From a virus (Duplodnaviria; Heunggongvirae; Uroviricota; Caudoviricetes): a stretch of 6,439 nucleotides of DNA. The DNA is taken from the IMG/VR virus record IMGVR_UViG_2695420380_000009; one strand, written 5' to 3'. Shown here one piece after another: positions 6,329-6,439 of this stretch. Made by a program: the position numbers and the translations under genes. Below the pieces are notes generated by a model that was given only the letters and a program-made list of their open reading frames with translations, was not told the DNA's origin and did not search any database. Each line of letters opens with the position of its first letter. The stretch's first letter is position 1.

Positions 6329-6401
6329 GGCCCTTTAGCTCAGTGGTGAGAGCGAGCGACTCATAATCGCCAGGTCGCTGGTTCAAGTCCAGCAAGGGTG
6401 A
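6329..6401 (+). tRNA. ileZ: tRNA with anticodon CAU, closely resembling E. coli tRNA-Ile2 (ileX/ileY type, the lysidine-modified AUA reader); ileZ-like phage-borne tRNA. No encoded CCA.
   Basis: Manual cloverleaf: acceptor GGCCCTT, D-arm GCTC-AGTGGTGA-GAGC, anticodon arm AGCGA-CTCATAA-TCGCC, variable loop AGGTC, T-arm GCTGG-TTCAAGT-CCAGC, 3' acceptor AAGGGTG, discriminator A. The T-arm is identical and the D-arm nearly identical to E. coli ileX as I recall it. Irregularities: G1-G72 mismatch, G2-U71 wobble, A27-C43 mismatch. Confidence 0.7.
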
Positions 6402-6439
6402 AGTAGTCAACAAAAACTGGCCACCGAGTTAGAGTTTTT

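Noticed and set aside
6329-6401. tRNA as a prophage integration site (attL/attR) with a reconstituted 3' end.
   Set aside because: The tRNA lies inside the late-gene region downstream of Q and the methyltransferase, not at a prophage boundary, and has its own promoter; a phage-encoded tRNA is more parsimonious. No integrase is visible in the window.
6402-6439. Possible start of Shiga toxin or arginine tRNA genes after the tRNA-Ile.
   Set aside because: Only 38 nt remain and they show no tRNA-like or coding signal; the expectation comes purely from synteny in Stx phages and is unsupported within the window.

Overview
This window reads as the early-to-late junction of a lambdoid (lambda/P22/Stx-phage-like) prophage on the + strand: a DnaB-family replicative helicase, a small 85-aa protein, the Holliday-junction resolvase RusA, a lambda-Q-family antiterminator, a PR'-like late promoter with a nearby terminator, a beta-class DNA methyltransferase, and a tRNA-Ile2(CAU)-like gene with its own promoter. 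The main anomaly is that the helicase-3'/orf85/rusA-5' region and the Q gene are mosaic: staggered partial duplications of diverged alleles joined at single 'n' bases, an identical 246-bp duplicate, a diverged in-frame tandem repeat inside Q, and a reading-frame change across a masked block. About 1.3 kb of the window is N-masked, including 561 nt just downstream of the late terminator and most of the methyltransferase's central region, so any cargo there cannot be assessed. I see no direct sequence evidence for a defined novel system; the candidates worth follow-up are the masked post-terminator block, the apparently orphan methyltransferase, and the tRNA, which in Stx-converting phages lies just upstream of the toxin genes. 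All homology calls are from memory of protein families and motifs, with no database search run.
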